Assembly (NCBI GenBank): GCA_036785375.1
Contig: JAWMAR010000013.1
Span: 1,426,001-1,490,000, forward strand
Length of the DNA: 64,000 bases
Direction: 5' to 3'
From: Leucoraja ocellata
Lineage: Eukaryota
Shown here: in pieces, positions 63,201 to 64,000 of the stretch
Layout: every line of letters begins with the position of its first letter
Position numbering within the stretch: the stretch's first letter is position 1
Notes under the pieces: generated by a model
Databases searched by the model: none
What the model was told of the DNA's origin: nothing
What the model saw: the letters and a program-made list of their open reading frames with translations, nothing else
Made by a program: the position numbers and the translations under genes

Positions 63201-64000
63201 ACAGAGCCCAGAGCAGGGTGGCAGAATGGTAAACTAGTAGAGCTGTTGTCTCACTATGCCAGCCACATGGGCTTGATTCAGACCTGTGTGGAACACTGAA
63301 TACTCTGTGACAACATGGATGTCCTCTGACATCCCTGAGACACACAGGCCGTTAGGTTAATTGACCATTGTAAATTTTGCATATTGTGTAGGGGAGTGGT
63401 AGAATGAGAAGGGTTGATGGCATGTGGGAAAATAATTAGGGCAAATGAGTGCTTGATGGACAAACTAACCAAGGTCCAGACACAGGCTAACCTGGCCCAG
63501 TTGAGCAGAAGAGACAAAGGGAGCTTCAAATGCTGAGCAGTTATAATTCATGTTTAATAGTTACTTTGTCACATGTACCTAGATACAATGAAATGCTTTG
63601 TTTTCCATACAATTCAGTAAAATCATACCATACATAAGCAAAAGAGTGCAACAATTGTACTGTAAAAAAATTAATTGATTTCTTCTGAGGCACAGTCACT
63701 ACATTTCCGCAGCCATGTAGGTACTGAGTTGGCCCGGGCGATGCTGTCAGTACTTTCTGCCACAGCTCCATGTTGCTGCAGACTGCGGTCAATCTGCGTA
63801 CTTGTCCGACTTCTGTGGGACCTCCAGTGGCTCTTGATCTGTGATCCTCTGGCTTCCGTAGGGCCTCCATTGGCCTACTCCACTGACACCTCGATCTACC
63901 ACCACTGTGAGCGTCCATCTTTTCATCCCTTGTAGCCACCGCTCCACTTCCATGTCCCATACCCGAACTCAATACGTCTTGAGCGCTGCTGATAGTGCAG

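Overview
Vertebrate genomic DNA, most likely a cartilaginous fish (skate or ray), inferred from HE1-type V-SINEs, CR1/HER1-type LINEs and abundant Penelope-like repeats. Two spliced protein-coding genes lie in tandem on the minus strand. (1) RABL6: coding exons 3-15 at 61515->29312; exons 1-2 lie beyond the window. (2) A carboxypeptidase M-like gene (M14B metallocarboxypeptidase): 8 coding exons at 18186->4246. It keeps all zinc-binding and catalytic residues but has two single-base frameshifts in short homopolymers, one GC-AG intron and no GPI-anchor tail. Introns and intergenic DNA hold CR1, Rex1/Babar, L2 and Tx1 LINE fragments, V-SINEs, a Harbinger-type MITE, a decayed hAT transposase and many Penelope-like termini carrying minimal hammerhead-ribozyme motifs, often as fold-back pairs. 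All calls were made by reading the sequence; repeat boundaries are approximate and no database search was run.
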